A stretch of 64,000 nt of DNA from Eledone cirrhosa (GCA_964016885.1 OZ024745.1:123752001-123816000), one strand, 5' to 3'. Shown: positions 12,804-26,100, counted from the first letter of the stretch. Program-made: numbers and translations. Notes: generated by a model from the letters alone, not told the origin.

Positions 12804-13923
12804 CAGGGGTGTGTAACATATTCCACTGGCGGGCCACTTTTGAACATTGGAACAACTATTAGGGCCATTAATATTTATTAAGCACTATTCCAAAGATTCA
12901 CCACAACTTCTTTCCATAACATGGAACTGGGAAATTATAACACACATAACCCTATCAGTGAAGCCCTTTAGTATAGGTCAACTGGGAAATTATAACACAC
13001 ATAACCCTATCAGTGAAGCCCTTTAGTATAGGTCAACTGGGAAATTATAACACACATAACCCTATCAGTGAAGCCCTTTAGTATAGGTCAACTGGGAAAT
13101 TATAACACACATAACCCTATCAGTGAAGCCCTTTAGTATAGGTCAACTGGGAAATTATAACACACATAACCCTATCAGTGAAGCCCTTTAGTATAGGTCA
13201 ACTGGGAAATTATAACACACATAACCCTATCAGTGAAGCCCTTTAGTATAGGTCAACTGGGAAATTATAACACACATAACCCTATCAGTGAAGCCCTTTA
13301 GTATAGGTCAACTGGGAAATTATAACACACATAACCCTATCAGTGAAGCTCTTTAGTATAGGTCAACTGGGAAATTATAACACACATAACCCTATCAGTG
13401 AAGCCCTTTAGTATAGGTCAACTGGGAAATTATAACACACATAACCCTATCATTGAAGCCCTTTAGTATAGGTCAACTGGGAAATTATAACACACATAAC
13501 CCTATCAGTGAAGCCCTTTAGTATAGGTCAACTGGGAAATTATAACACACATAACCCTATCAGTGAAGCCCTTTAGTATAGGTCAACTGGGAAATTATAA
13601 CACACATAACCCTATCAGTGAAGCCCTTTAGTATAGGTCAACTGGGAAATTATAACACACATAACCCTATCAGTGAAGCCCTTTAGTATAGGTCAACTGG
13701 GAAATTATAACACACATAACCCTATCAGTGAAGCTCTTTAGTATAGGTCAACTGGGAAATTATAACACACATAACCCTATCAGTGAAGCCCTTTAGTATA
13801 GGTCAACTAACAGAAAATTGTATTACGGTTTTGAAAAAATTCTAAATAAGCCTACAAGGTAAAAATTAAAAATGGTCTGATGGGCCAGATTGTGGCCCAT
13901 GGGCTGCCTGTTGCACGCCCCTG
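12804..13923. mobile_element. Non-autonomous hAT (Charlie-like) element containing a tandem array
   Basis: TIRs CAGGGGTGTGTAAC / GTTGCACGCCCCTG with subterminal GGGCCA/TGGCCC motifs. The 8-bp flanks cccgagag and ccctagcg match at 6/8 and fit the NNCTAGAN-type hAT target. Confidence 0.78.
12925..13808 (+). repeat. Minisatellite: 16 copies of a 55-bp unit
   Basis: Unit AACTGGGAAATTATAACACACATAACCCTATCAGTGAAGCCCTTTAGTATAGGTC. I saw only 3 substitutions in the array. Confidence 0.97.
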
Positions 13924-14004
13924 CCCTAGCGAGTGTATGGAAAGGCATGAAAAACCCAGGTAGTGTGGGGGAATGTTCTCTGACATGCAGAATCCCACAC
14001 ACAA

Positions 14005-14400
14005 GTCCCAGTGGGCAGAATGGTGAATGCATTGCACCAGAGGATGGCAAAAAAGATGCAGTGAAATATCCATTCCACATCACCAGGCTCACTCCTGTGG
14101 GTGGCTATCTCTGTCCCGATAACGGTGAGTAAGGAAGTTCTCCAGTGACCAAGAATACTAGAAGTTTCCACAACTGCAGCTTCTATGACAAACCTATCAG
14201 AGAATGGCCCATACTTATTGAGTAACAAAGCCTTTTAGGGAATGTACTAGGTTGATGTTGGAGAAACTCTTAATGCATGTTGTGTCCAAGAGGGGTTTAC
14301 TACAACAGCATGGGAAGATGGAAAAACTTGGAAGTTATTCAACCGTGTTGCAAAATGGGTTTCAAAAGTAACCCCCATAACCACAGTTGTCATTATGTCC
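14005..14400 (-). mobile_element. Old CRE/SLACS-like non-LTR retrotransposon C-terminal remnant
   Basis: KYGPFSDRFVIEAAVVETSSILG…IGTEIA…EPGDVEWIFHCIFFAILWCNAFTIL aligns by eye with the element at 56105-56752. Confidence 0.6.
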
Positions 14401-15038
14401 ATTAATCCCTTAAATTTAATGTTTAATTTTACCTCTGCTTCCCTAACATCCAGTCCCTTTCCATTTATTTTTTGAATTCATTGTATTTCTCAATATACTG
14501 AGAAGGAAAAAAAAATAGAACATTTTTCACTGATTCTTCAAGTTCTGATTGTTTCCTCCCCTACACACAGACGCACTCCCTCTCTCTCGCTCCCCTCTTC
14601 CTCTCTCTCTCTCTCTCTCTCACTCAATCTCTCCCTCTCTCTCTCACTCAATCTCTCTTTCCCTCTCTCATCATTACCTTTTTACCTATTGACCACTTCT
14701 GTAGCCACTTTCTTCTTTTCCTTTTCAGAACTTGTGCATTTCTTCCCAGGCCTTTTGCCATTTCTTTTTCTTTCCTGTCTTGTTTCTGTTTTCTTTTGCA
14801 ATTTTTTCATTATTTATTTATTTATTTTAACCATTCTACTTTTCAATTAATGTTAAAGTCTTTGTGCTACTGTTTTCCTATTTCATTCCAAATATTTCAA
14901 AGGTTATTGATTTTTTGTTTTCTTTTAGTCTATTACAACAAGCTTCTGGCTGAATTTACTTTCACTCTGTTAACTTCAGTACATTCCCTGTAGTGTTTGT
15001 ATAGCCATCTGGCATAACATTAAAAAGAACTACAAATA

Positions 15039-15069
<31 letters not shown>

Positions 15070-15130
15070 CGTCCCACCCTTGCAAGCAGGGAAAAACGGA
15101 CGTAAAATGATGATGATGATGATGATGATG

Positions 15131-15163
<33 letters not shown>

Positions 15164-16524
15164 TATGTATATATGTTTATTTTGATTTGTACACAAGATA
15201 GTCCATTTGCAACCAAAGGTTTCATGAGCTAACATTGTTTGCATAAATGCAAGCTATGAATGTTAGTCATGTCTTCAGGCACATGTGCAGTGCACACAAA
15301 TGCCTGAAGTAGATTTTGTATCATATTTGCAGAGTGGTTGGAACATTGAATAGAATGCTTTGCCATATTCTTTTTGGCTCTCCAGCCTCTAAGTTCAAAT
15401 CTTGCTGACATCAACTTTGCCTTTCATACTACTGAGGTCCAGTACTGGGTCAATTCTTCCACTATATCTTTTACTCACTTCCTCTCTTCAGCCTTTTCTC
15501 TGTTCAAATCTGGAGAATCGTGGACTCCGCCAACTTTAAAATTCTCAATAAACGTCATATATTATTACAGAACCATCTATGACTCCTGGGAGTTAAGTCT
15601 TCATACATATATTCACCACCTCAGCACTAATCCTAATCATCATCATCATCATTCTAATTTTACCTCAGTATTTCTTACTGTCATGTGTTGAATGGGTTAT
15701 TACTAGACAGAAACCTTGTCTCATTCATACGTTCCATATGTTGGCATAGTTTTTATACCTGGATAGGCTTTCTAATGCCAACCACTTAACAGAGTGAACT
15801 GGGGGCATTTTATCCCGACACCAATTCATGAAAGATTATCATGTGCTTCGCAAGACTGATACATCCTGTCTCCCTGACATTGTTTCCGTTACCAGCAATT
15901 TTACAGAGTGTACTTGGTGCATTTTATTGACACCAGCACTAGAAATGTTGTCTTTGTTTGTTTGTATATATACATACCATTAAAATATAACATGTACAAG
16001 TACAGGCTATTTTCCATTGTGATCTGACACTATAAATAATTGGAAATTATATCTCAGACAAAATCCATAATCCCCTTGAAAAGTTTCATTCACAATATGT
16101 TGAACATATTTGCATATAAATTGTTATTGTTGAATTAATAACTAAAATTATTCATTTGAAATATGTTAGTAAATTGAATGGTAATTTAAATGAAGGAAAT
16201 GTTGTTATAACATCATGTAGAGACTTTCTATTATAACAGGCTGCTAATTTCATTATAAGAAACTGTATCTCTTAATGGTTTATGTTAAATTATGTCTGGG
16301 TGCTTAAGAAGTTCACTTTGTAGTCGTGATGTCACTGGTTTTATAACATATAATCCAATATACAATTGATTCTATCATAACCAAGAGAATAATTTAAGTA
16401 TATAACTACAGTCTAGTCCAACTACATTTGAATAGATCTGTGTGTGTGTACTGTGATTACTTTTTTTAATATAAAGCAGCCACAATGAAGTGTTGGAGAA
16501 CTGACATTTCTGTCTTGTTTTTAA

Positions 16525-18090
16525 CCCTTTAGATTTACATTACTCTGTCAAATGTCAAGTTTATCTATTGACATTATTTTGAGTTAATCATACCCAAGAA
16601 GGTTATCAACAATATTTGTTTGTAATTTTGTTAATTTTCTATGTGCAGACTTGAGATTTTGTCAGTAGATGTTTAAATATTGATTTACAATCATCTGTTT
16701 TTTACCTGATTTTTTTTGTGTGCTAAATTTGACTTTTATGGGCAAGTGAAATTAATTAACAGATAAACTTAAAAATTTAAACTTGATGTGCCTTACCTGT
16801 TAGGTTTGTTACACAAATTATCCAACGATAACCTAGATGTTGACTTCCAACAATTTTACTACTTTTCACAAACAGTGAATTAATTAAAATGCAGGTATAA
16901 TCAGTACAGGGTTTTAGTCTTTCTCTACATTCCATGCAAATATTTTCATTGAAAAAAGAAGTATAGAACCCTTTTACCAGTCAGAATGATATTGGCAATG
17001 TACTGGGTAGATTTATATAACAGAATGTGACCAATATATAAGTTCATTAACAGGTGTGACACCGGTGAATGCAGGTGTTTTCGCATATAATGTGTTCCAA
17101 TAATTTCTTTTCTTTGATATTTTATTTTGGTATTGTCAGGCAATATTTCTGTTGTGGAATTGGCCAAAACACTCTTTACATAATGGCATTTTGCAAAAGG
17201 AACACAAAAGAGGTCTCAATTTGATAACCTGTAGCGGTTTTTCTCTTTTGCAAAGAGCACATTTGGCAAACCTTCCTCCCATTAATTTTCTCTATTTTAA
17301 AGGGCGGTGGATTGGCAGTATCGGTAGAGGGTCGGACGTCATGCTTTGACGCATAGAGTTACGGCCCTTGCCATTCTAAGTTCAAATCCCGCCAAGGTTA
17401 ACTTTACCTTTCATCCTTATGGGGTCGATAAAATAAAGTACCAGTAATGTACTGGGTAATTGCTGGCCTTGTGTCAAAAGTAGAAACAATTAATTTTCTC
17501 TATTTTATGCAAATCAGTATTTTTTTTGTTCACCTCAGTTAATTTTAACTTTCTCTCAGCTCTGTGTCTGCGAGAAGTATATCCTCCACGTAGCTGAATA
17601 TGCAACATCCACACAAAATTTCATGTGGCAGTAGTCCTTTGGTGATGAGCAGATCCTTCTGGCTTTTAGCGAATACAATAAACAAATTCACAGTGGTTAA
17701 AAATTCACTAAAATCTGCAAAATATATCTCCACCATTTTTTCCAGGACATCCAACCTAGTTTATTTTAAGAGATGTTAACTAAAGGTTTACCTTCAGCCA
17801 CAACACCTGCTTGTTGGTTGGAAGATAGGAATAAAATTTGCCATTTGTCTTTGTATTATGTGGCTAGCATGTTCCTTTTTGCACATGGAGAATGTCACCT
17901 CTTTTGTTGAATTTTGTTAGTTTTATTTCTGAGGGTAGCCCTTAACGATTCCCCATTATTGTACCGCAGATGTACATATTTGCGAGAGCAGGATCCTCTG
18001 CCAGAAGCACCAAAGAAAAAAAAAATTGTCAAAATATATGTGGTTGTGTCAAGAGTGGAAGGGTTCAGTCAGACCCCACACAACAGCGTA
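16525..18090 (-). mobile_element. Truncated, decayed copy of the piggyBac at 59630-62149
   Basis: TTAA+CCCTTTAG end. Collinear with 59630-61060 (3' region and transposase C-terminus). Interrupted by a SINE. Confidence 0.85.
17300..17488 (+). mobile_element. tRNA-headed SINE family 1 with a 19-bp TSD
   Basis: GGCGGTGGATTGGCAGTATCGGTAGAG…GTTCAAATCCC…GCCTTTCATCCTTA.GGGGTCGATAAAATAAAGTACCAG…GTAGAAACA. TSD attaattttctctatttta at 17281-17299 and 17489-17507. Confidence 0.9.
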
Positions 18091-18149
18091 TCAAGTGATA
18101 ACCATTTGAATCCATGCAATTTTTTGAGACCTGGTAAAATTTAGCATAA

Positions 18150-18950
18150 CATTGTTAGAAGCAGACTTAGGGCTGGCCCTGATCTCCTCCCTGATGTTTT
18201 CTTTTAGTTCAATGATAGTCTGGGTTTGTTGACATATACCCTATCATTTAGATAGTCCCAAAGAAATAAATTGGGCTTAAATCAGGGCTGACAGTACATT
18301 TAAATGCCAACCCTGATAGTACATTTAACTGAGTGGAGCAGTTTCATAGCCACTTCAGTAAATTTCTCTAACCCCTGAACACATTTTTCTTAAAGTTGAT
18401 CTTCCCCTCTAAGAGAAAACGGGCTTCATCACAGGCTCACAGCAGATTCAGAAAATGTGGGTGGTTTTCCATCTTCTCCAGCTTTTTCTCAGTCATAGCC
18501 TTTCTTTTGGTCTTATCAGCTACAGTGATCTTTTTTTTAGTCTGTATTCTGTAGGGGTATTTCTTAAGATCCTCTTTGATAACACTTCTGCAAGTTTCTG
18601 TGGAGAGACACATACATTGGCATCTCTTGTGCAGTGATTGTTTTAGGCTCTGTTCAAAAGACTCTCAGACAATGTCAATAACTTCCTGTTTATGCTTCCT
18701 GGGTTGTCGAGAGTGGGTAGGATGGTTTTCAGATATTATATTGAGGCTTTCGAGTGTTCCTTAGGTTTCAAACTTCTTCACCCGTTTTGTATATTGGCTT
18801 TGAAAGGAGATTTGTCCATTCCAAAAAAATGGACCTGCTTCTACAAGCCAAACTTATAATAGTATTACACACAGAAAATCTGGTGCTGAAGCTCACATTG
18901 GGACTTGTTGTTTTCACAGATGTATCTGCCATGTCTAAAATTTAAGGTTA
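18150..18950 (-). mobile_element. Decayed Tc1/mariner-type transposase remnant
   Basis: Minus-strand fragments PDLSP…LWDYLNDRVYVNKP..IIELKENIREEIRA and KRVKKFET.GTLE. Confidence 0.6.
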
Positions 18951-21289
18951 AAGAATCAATATACAGTGACAGAATGTGTGTGGAGCCAGTTGTTTTTCAG
19001 TTTCCCCCATCTCAATGGCATTTATATGTACACACAAACCATGACAACCTTTCTAGTGCTGGTACCACATTAAAATGCACTCAGTACACTATGTAAAATG
19101 TTTGGCAATCGAACAAAGACAATGAAAGGGAAACAGGGTGTGTTAGATTCATGAAGCACTTGATAATCTTTCTAGAACTGGTATTATGATAAAATGCATC
19201 CAGTACGCTCTGTTTAGGATGTCTATCCAGCTGTAAAAACCATGCCAATTTATGGAACATATGAATAAGACAAGCTTATCTGATTTGTCTTGTTTCAGTC
19301 CTGTAATGACTCATCTAACTCATGACAGCAAGAAACATGGAGGTAAAATTATGATGATGATGTTAATAGTACATATTATTTTCAATAAATGATTTATATA
19401 TTTTTGAAAATGTTGGCTATCTTACATGATTTTATAGGGTGCAACTATAGTTAATGAAACCACCACCTGAATTTACTTCCTCATAGCTTTCTTAATTATG
19501 TATATTTATTCAAGAGATTTTGCTAAGATATGTTTTTGAAGGTGTTGATCATGCTTATTCTGATCGAATCTCTTTTTTATTTTTAGTAGTTGCATTATTT
19601 TGTATTTCTATTTGTTCCCCTACTCACCCATAAGCTAATAACATAGAGCTCCCTACCATGGCTTTCATCTTACATTGCCTTCTCAGCCTAGCTGAAGATA
19701 CAATGGGCACCCCAGTGTTGTAATATGGTATTACTGGTGCCACTATGAAATACACCCATCTCGCTTTGTAAAGTATTGATTTCATGATAAAATGCTCCCA
19801 GTCCGTGTAAGGTAATCATCATCATCAACATCCAGTGCCCTCAGCCGAAATAGACTCAATAATTGATCTTCACATGGGTCTGACATTCATTGCCGCTGCC
19901 AAGTCCTGGATTTCAATACCAGAATCTCTGGAGATGACATCGGGGTAGGAGAGCTCGCGTCACCTGTTATTAGTGACTGCTTGTGATTTCCAAAGCACTA
20001 ATGAGGACACAGCCTCAGAGGTGGCACGATGGCAGTGGCCACCAAATCTTAGTCTCCTCTTATGTACAACGATAATATGTGGTAAGGTAACAGTGGTAGC
20101 ACCATACTAAAATGCTTCCAGTACATGCTATGGTTGACAATAGGAGGCATCAAAACATGGTCACCTGACCACCCTAGCCTCAAAACATGACAACCCATCT
20201 AATCCATCCAAGCATGGAAAATAGATGTTAAACAGCAATGAAGATGATGATAGTAATCAATTAATATATTTAGCATTAGTGTTTCCCAGAATATAAAGTC
20301 AAGTGCTGTTGTGGTTTGCTGTGATTTGACTGTAAAAGATAATATATGGTAGAGATAGGCAAACATGGCCTGATATAAAGTAATTGAAACTGACATTATA
20401 AGTCCAGGCTTCTTCTTAGATGAACTGATGCATGAAGAAATATGTGGGAAAGATGTCACACTGTTTGCACCCAAAACTGGCTGATGTAATGACATTGACA
20501 ATGATAACAATGCTGATAATATGTAAGATGCGTGTGTCATTATATGATAAGAATGAGGCAATTGCAAAGAAAGCTTTAGTTACATTACTTCTGAGATATT
20601 ATGCTATATACCACTAGGGAAATAACTTGACCGACCGATTAAGCTGGACAGTTATTTGAAACTATTGGTGAAGGAAAAAAGCAACAAAATAATATTTAAT
20701 GCATGTGTCGTGTTCTGCTGTCAGAAACTTTTCAAATCAATGAACCTTTGAATATCCAAATATAAACATTTACAAATAAAAAAAATATGATGAAGAAGGC
20801 ATTGATATAATAGATATGCCTGTGACATTATGAAAAGGAGATAAAAATGAACACAAAAATAAAGATCCTATTGAGACACTCTTCAGTATGAAAATTGCTG
20901 AAAAGTAGTTATTTTAAGAAAAATCCACATTCTGTAAATAACTGCACCAAAGTGAACTACAAATATTTCTTAATAACTTCGCGATTCTTCATTTTACTGT
21001 TTACACTTCTCAGTGAAATTTGGTTGATAGAAACATGGGAAAGGAATTTTCCTGTTATTAGGAGGTATAATTAATCCATTTCTAGTTACCCCCCCCCCCC
21101 CCAAACATACACACACATACATAATACTTGGGTGCCTTTAGTGAAATCCACTCTGTGGCAATCTTCCACGCTGGGTCTCCCCTCTGAGTATAACTCCTCC
21201 CTTCCGCACACCAGTTTTTGGACCTCTAAATAAGAAAATATTAATAAACATGAGCAAAAGATTCTTCTTCTTTTGCTCCTTCTCTTCCT

Positions 21290-21630
21290 TCTCCTCCTCC
21301 TTCTTCTTCTTCTTGGGAGGGTCGTGGGAGTAGAGTCCTCAAACACTCCTTCCAGCAGGTCCTGTCAGAAGCAACCATCTTCAACTGATCCAGCTGGATC
21401 CCCAAGCGAAACCAGCTAAGATCATTGATGTTATCCAACTATCTTTTTGGGGTCTTCCCCTGAGTTTCCTGCCAGTTGGTTTTACCCATAAAATCTGACC
21501 AGCAATTCTTTCCTGAGACATTCTAACCACATGCCCATAGTATTGGAGCTGTGATCTCTCAATTCGGAGAAGTAGCAGCTCTACCTGGAGTGACTTTCTG
21601 AACTCCGAACTATGCACTCTGTCTCTATCG
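21290..21630 (-). mobile_element. RTE LINE 3' fragment
   Basis: LLLRIERSQLQYYGHVVRM…KPTGRKLRGRP, followed by a (GAA)n-like tail. Confidence 0.7.
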
Positions 21631-22047
21631 AGTAATGATACTCCAATGACCCTTTGATACAGTTAGGTAAAATGAGTTGTATATGTAATTGTGAACACAG
21701 AAGCTGCAGAAGAGGAAGACATGGGCAGAAATGGTAAAAGATGATCTCAGGATGCTGAACAGCACAAAGAATATGACACAGGGGTAGGATGCAAGGAAAA
21801 GTCTACTCAATCCCTGAAAACATGAGAAAGTGGTGATGATGATACAATTAACATCCGAAATTTCTCAAAATAATCTAAGGTACTATAAAGCACAAATTGA
21901 ATTAGGTTTTCCCCCATTTTGACAAAAATACAAATTATGGCTATTTTATTACTGGATATGTTTTGATATTTCATTAGATTCTATTTTATCTTTTCTATTC
22001 CTCTCAATTAATTCCAAAGTGTGGTTGTGAGGAGGAAGCATTTTTTT

Positions 22048-22082
<35 letters not shown>

Positions 22083-22134
22083 ATATAAACCACTAAATAG
22101 AGTAAGATCCCCCTCCTTCTCTCTCTCTCTCTCT

Positions 22135-22170
<36 letters not shown>

Positions 22171-22176
<6 letters not shown>

Positions 22177-22286
22177 AAATGTTTAACCCTGACAGCAGAG
22201 CTCAAGCCATTTCGACGGCTATTTCTGTACTGAAATAGCCATCAAAAAGGCTTGAGCTCTGCTGTCGGGGTTAAACATTTTTCTAT
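22171..22286. repeat. Near-perfect ~116-bp hairpin at the end of a small repeat element
   Basis: ATAGGGAAATGTTTAACCCTGACAGCAGAGCTCAAGCC…GGCTTGAGCTCTGCTGTCGGGGTTAAACATTTTTCTAT. Confidence 0.85.
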
Positions 22287-22365
22287 TACCCACTCTACTA
22301 CCCTAAGTATTGGGTACTCTAGTGCGTTATGGTCCATCTGGTTCCTTACCACACTTCTTTCGTTA

Positions 22366-22975
22366 TCATCATCATCATCATCACCGTTTTACGTCCGTTC
22401 TTCCACACTAGCATGGGTTAGACGGGTTGTCCTGTTGTGGGCAATGTCCAGTCGGCTGACCATGCCTTGCTCATACGGGAACTGATTCTGGCTTGATTTC
22501 TACAGCTGGATGCCCTTCCTAACACCAACCTCATTTACAGTGAGTGCTGGGTCCTTTTTTTTCCATGGCACCTACACGTCCACTTTACAGTGTGGGTTGG
22601 GTGCTTTTTTACCGTGGCACCTCCACGACCACTTTGCAGTGGGAGGGTATGGGGGCATATAATCTATATGCTTCAGCTTCGTCGTGTACCCGTGGGGGGG
22701 GGGTGTTCTGTATTACTGTGTGACGCCAGAGGTTACAGTCGTGTGTCATCGTCTTTGAGAGGTGTAATTGGGTAAGGTTGGCTTTTATCACCACATCCAG
22801 GTCTTCTTGGGTCTCCCCACGCTGTGGTTTCCATCGACGTCTAGGGCTCTGCACCTTTTTACGCAGCTGTCATCGTTCATACACATCACATGTCCATACC
22901 AACGCAACCTCCTCTCCTGCACACAGCATTTGATTCCTCTTATGCTCAGTCTCTCTCTCAATTCACTTATGCTTT
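22366..22975 (-). mobile_element. RTE 3' end with an extended 3' UTR
   Basis: RTE C-terminal remnant, then CACTGTAAA subrepeats, a GTTGGTGTTAGGAAGGGCATCCAG module and an (ATG)n tail. Same layout at 36040-36550 (+) and 44168-44855 (+). Confidence 0.75.
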
Positions 22976-23000
22976 GCCGTTCGCGTATATTACTATTACG

Positions 23001-23064
<64 letters not shown>

Positions 23065-23148
23065 GTACATATATATATATACAAACATATACATTATCAT
23101 CATCATCATCATTTTACGTCCGCTTTTCCCTGCTAGATATATATATAA

Positions 23149-23203
<55 letters not shown>

Positions 23204-23811
23204 CACACACACATATATACTTAAATATACACACACATATACATACATACACATACGTGTATATATACCTGCACACACGCACACACATTTTATTATTACT
23301 TTTGTTGTTTTATTGTTTTTATTTGCTTCATTAATTAAAAATCATGATTCTGAAACAGGAAAACAACATGACCTTTTACAAATAACTCCTGTCTTTTGTT
23401 TTATATCTGTTGTTTTTTGGTGGGATTTTTTAAATTATATTTTAATTTAATTTTTTAAATGAATCTATTTATTTTCCCATTCTCACGATTGGTCTATATA
23501 TGGCACATATAATTTAGTGTAGAAAGGTCTCATCATTGTGGGTTCAACTCTCTCTCTCTCCCTTCTCTCTCTCCCCCTTATCTCTATTCCTCTCGCTTCT
23601 CTCTCCAACACTCTCCCTCCCCTCTCTCTGTCTCTCCCCTTCTCTCTCGCTCTTCCCCTTCTCTCTCTATTGGTATTCTTAAGCAATGTTTAAAACTTTT
23701 GAAGTCATGGCACAGGCAGTGATGAATATAAATAGTTCATTTTTAGATGCCAGTTAGTCAAATAATATACCATTGGCAATTAAGTGTATTTCATGTGCTG
23801 CCGATACATTA

Positions 23812-24019
23812 CCCTTTAGCATTTACATTACTCTATATTTACTATTGTATTTTCATGGTAAAGGCTTTACCTCACATAATATTGAATCTATGAGATTTTG
23901 ATATTATTTATTTTGAGAACAATACCTTAACGTCAGTATGAGTAGTTAGTTACAACCAGTTTGAACAGAGAGGAGTGAGAGAATTCTGGCCGTCTATGGC
24001 CAGTTTGAATGCTAAAGGG
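23812..24019 (-). mobile_element. piggyBac-type MITE
   Basis: CCCTTTAGCATT…AATGCTAAAGGG followed by TTAA. Confidence 0.85.
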
Positions 24020-24337
24020 TTAAAATGCACCCTGTACATTATGTAAAGTGGTCAACGTCAAGAAAGGCATTCAGCTGTTGGATCTATGCTGTTCAAATGT
24101 GTGAGAGGACTCTTCATTTGTCTAAGATAATGACCTCCATAGTGCTGGTGCCATGATCAAATTTACCCACTACTCTCTGTAAATTGGTTAACATTAGGAA
24201 GTGCATCCAGTTGTTGAAACTAAGACATCATTTCGTAAACTAACAAAATAACAAAATAGACAAAATAGACATCATTTCGTAAATCTAATAATATAGTCAA
24301 TGGTGTCAATTTTTCAGGGACACCCTGTATATATATA

Positions 24338-24718
24338 ATTGTTTCTACTTTTGGCACATGGCCAGCAATTATTCCAGTGTATTACTGGTACTTTATTTTA
24401 TCGGCCCCGTAAGGATGAAAGGCAAAGCTAACCTCGGTGGGTTTTGAACTCAGAACGTAAAGGGCCGTAACTCTATGCAGCGAAGCATGTTGTCCGACAC
24501 TCTACCGATACTGCCAATCCACCACCCTTATCTGTTGTAATAATTGTTTCTACTTTTGGCACAAGGCCAGCAATTATCCAGTGTGTTACTGGTACTTTAT
24601 TTTATCGACCCCGTAAGGCAAAGTTAACCTTGGCAGCATTTGTACTCAGACCATAAAGGGCCGTAACTCTATGCTTCAAAGCATGGCGTCAGACCCTCTA
24701 CCGATACTGCCAATCCAC
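24338..24718 (-). mobile_element. Tandem dimer of SINE family 1
   Basis: Two copies (about 24338-24526 and 24542-24718) inside one direct repeat, CCTG(TA)nAT. Confidence 0.85.
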
Positions 24719-25092
24719 CTGTATATATATAATATTAGCTAAGATTATATATGTATTCATATCTTCATCATTTAACACCTGCTTTTCCCTGCTACTGACA
24801 TCTCAGATGAGCTGGAAGCACTTATCTCCCTTACATATGTTCCCTCATTCATTTTACCAATGCATCAACACTGGGGAGGTTGTGCCATACATGTGTGCAT
24901 ATCATCATCATCACACGTCCGCTTTTCCCTGCTTGCAAGGGTATATATATATATATATATATATATATGGAAAGTTATATTTAAATCGTTGGGTTACAAC
25001 TAGTAAATATTTATAACTGATATAAAAGCACTCAACAAGTATTTGGAGTATATTTACGATATTAAATAAATGGAAACTATATTTATAAAACC

Positions 25093-25169
25093 ATATTTAT
25101 TTCATTATATATATTTCAGGGATATCATATTAACAATATGTTATGCCTTCTTCAGACAAAATACAATAT
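25093..25169 (-). ncRNA. Type-I hammerhead ribozyme motif (inverted copy)
   Basis: Reverse complement of 25955-26031. Confidence 0.75.
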
Positions 25170-25954
25170 AGACAGTTTTCTATTTCTGCTTGATAGATAA
25201 TCATGTAGAGTAAAGACAAGAATAGTATTGTTAAAATTAATATAGACTCTATATATATGTGTGTATATATACACATATATGTATACTTAAATTTTTATAG
25301 CACAATGAGAATGTTCTCCGTGTGAAATAGGGGTTTGCAGAGTTGATCACGTAAATTCACATCGATGTTTGTAGTTATCATATAAACATATGAATTTTTA
25401 AAACTAGACATAAGATCATTACTTTTCACACATTATAGATACGTGTCTCATTCAGGAATACTGATATTTACATTATAGTGCCTGGTTTTTATACGAACTA
25501 ATACTTCTACATTAAAACATAGGGTTTTTGAATTCTGCCTCGCCTATGTCTGGTTACTTTTCATTTTTCTCTCTATATAACGGCTGGTTTCTTTCCTAAC
25601 CACATATATCTCCCTTACATTAATACTAGAGCTAAATAAATAAATAAATAAAGGTATCATTGATACGTCGTCCAACTACCTACTTTTCTCTATATATATC
25701 TATCTCTATCTATTTCCTCTCTCTATATATCTCTCTCTGTTTCTTTACATGAAGTTCTTCTCTTTATCTATCTTTCCATCTCTCTATTTTGTTGCATGCA
25801 TTTCTTCTTTTTCTTCTTTTTCTTCGTTTTCTCTCTTTCTTTCTTTCCTTCCTTCTTTCTTTCTGTTTACAATTTTTTCACTGCCATATCAACTTTTTCA
25901 AATACAAGTCGATGTTGAACGGTATGTCAAATCTATTTATCTATAAAACTGTCT

Positions 25955-26031
25955 ATATTGTATTTTGTCTGAAGAAGGCATAACATATTGTTAATATGAT
26001 ATCCCTGAAATATATATAATGAAATAAATAT
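25955..26031 (+). ncRNA. Type-I hammerhead ribozyme motif with a palindromic helix III
   Basis: atatt-g-tattttgt CTGAAGA agg…catatt-gtt-aatatg…cct GAAA tatata TA^ atgaaata-aatat. Core intact, helix I 13 bp with one bulge. Predicted cut between 26018 and 26019. Confidence 0.78.
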
Positions 26032-26068
26032 GGTTTTATAAATATAGTTTCCATTTATTTAATATCGT

Positions 26069-26100
<32 letters not shown>

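Larger units (their letters stand above)
24968..26069 (-). mobile_element. PLE-type element with inverted pLTRs, each carrying a hammerhead, inserted in (TA)n
   Basis: ~123-bp inverted repeat (about 25057-25179 and 25946-26068). The left arm has an extra ~90-nt tail. (TA)n on both sides. No clear ORF between the arms. Confidence 0.72.

Noticed and set aside
12925-13808. CRISPR-like regular array
   Set aside because: The units are head-to-tail identical with no unique spacers, there are no cas genes, and the context is eukaryotic.
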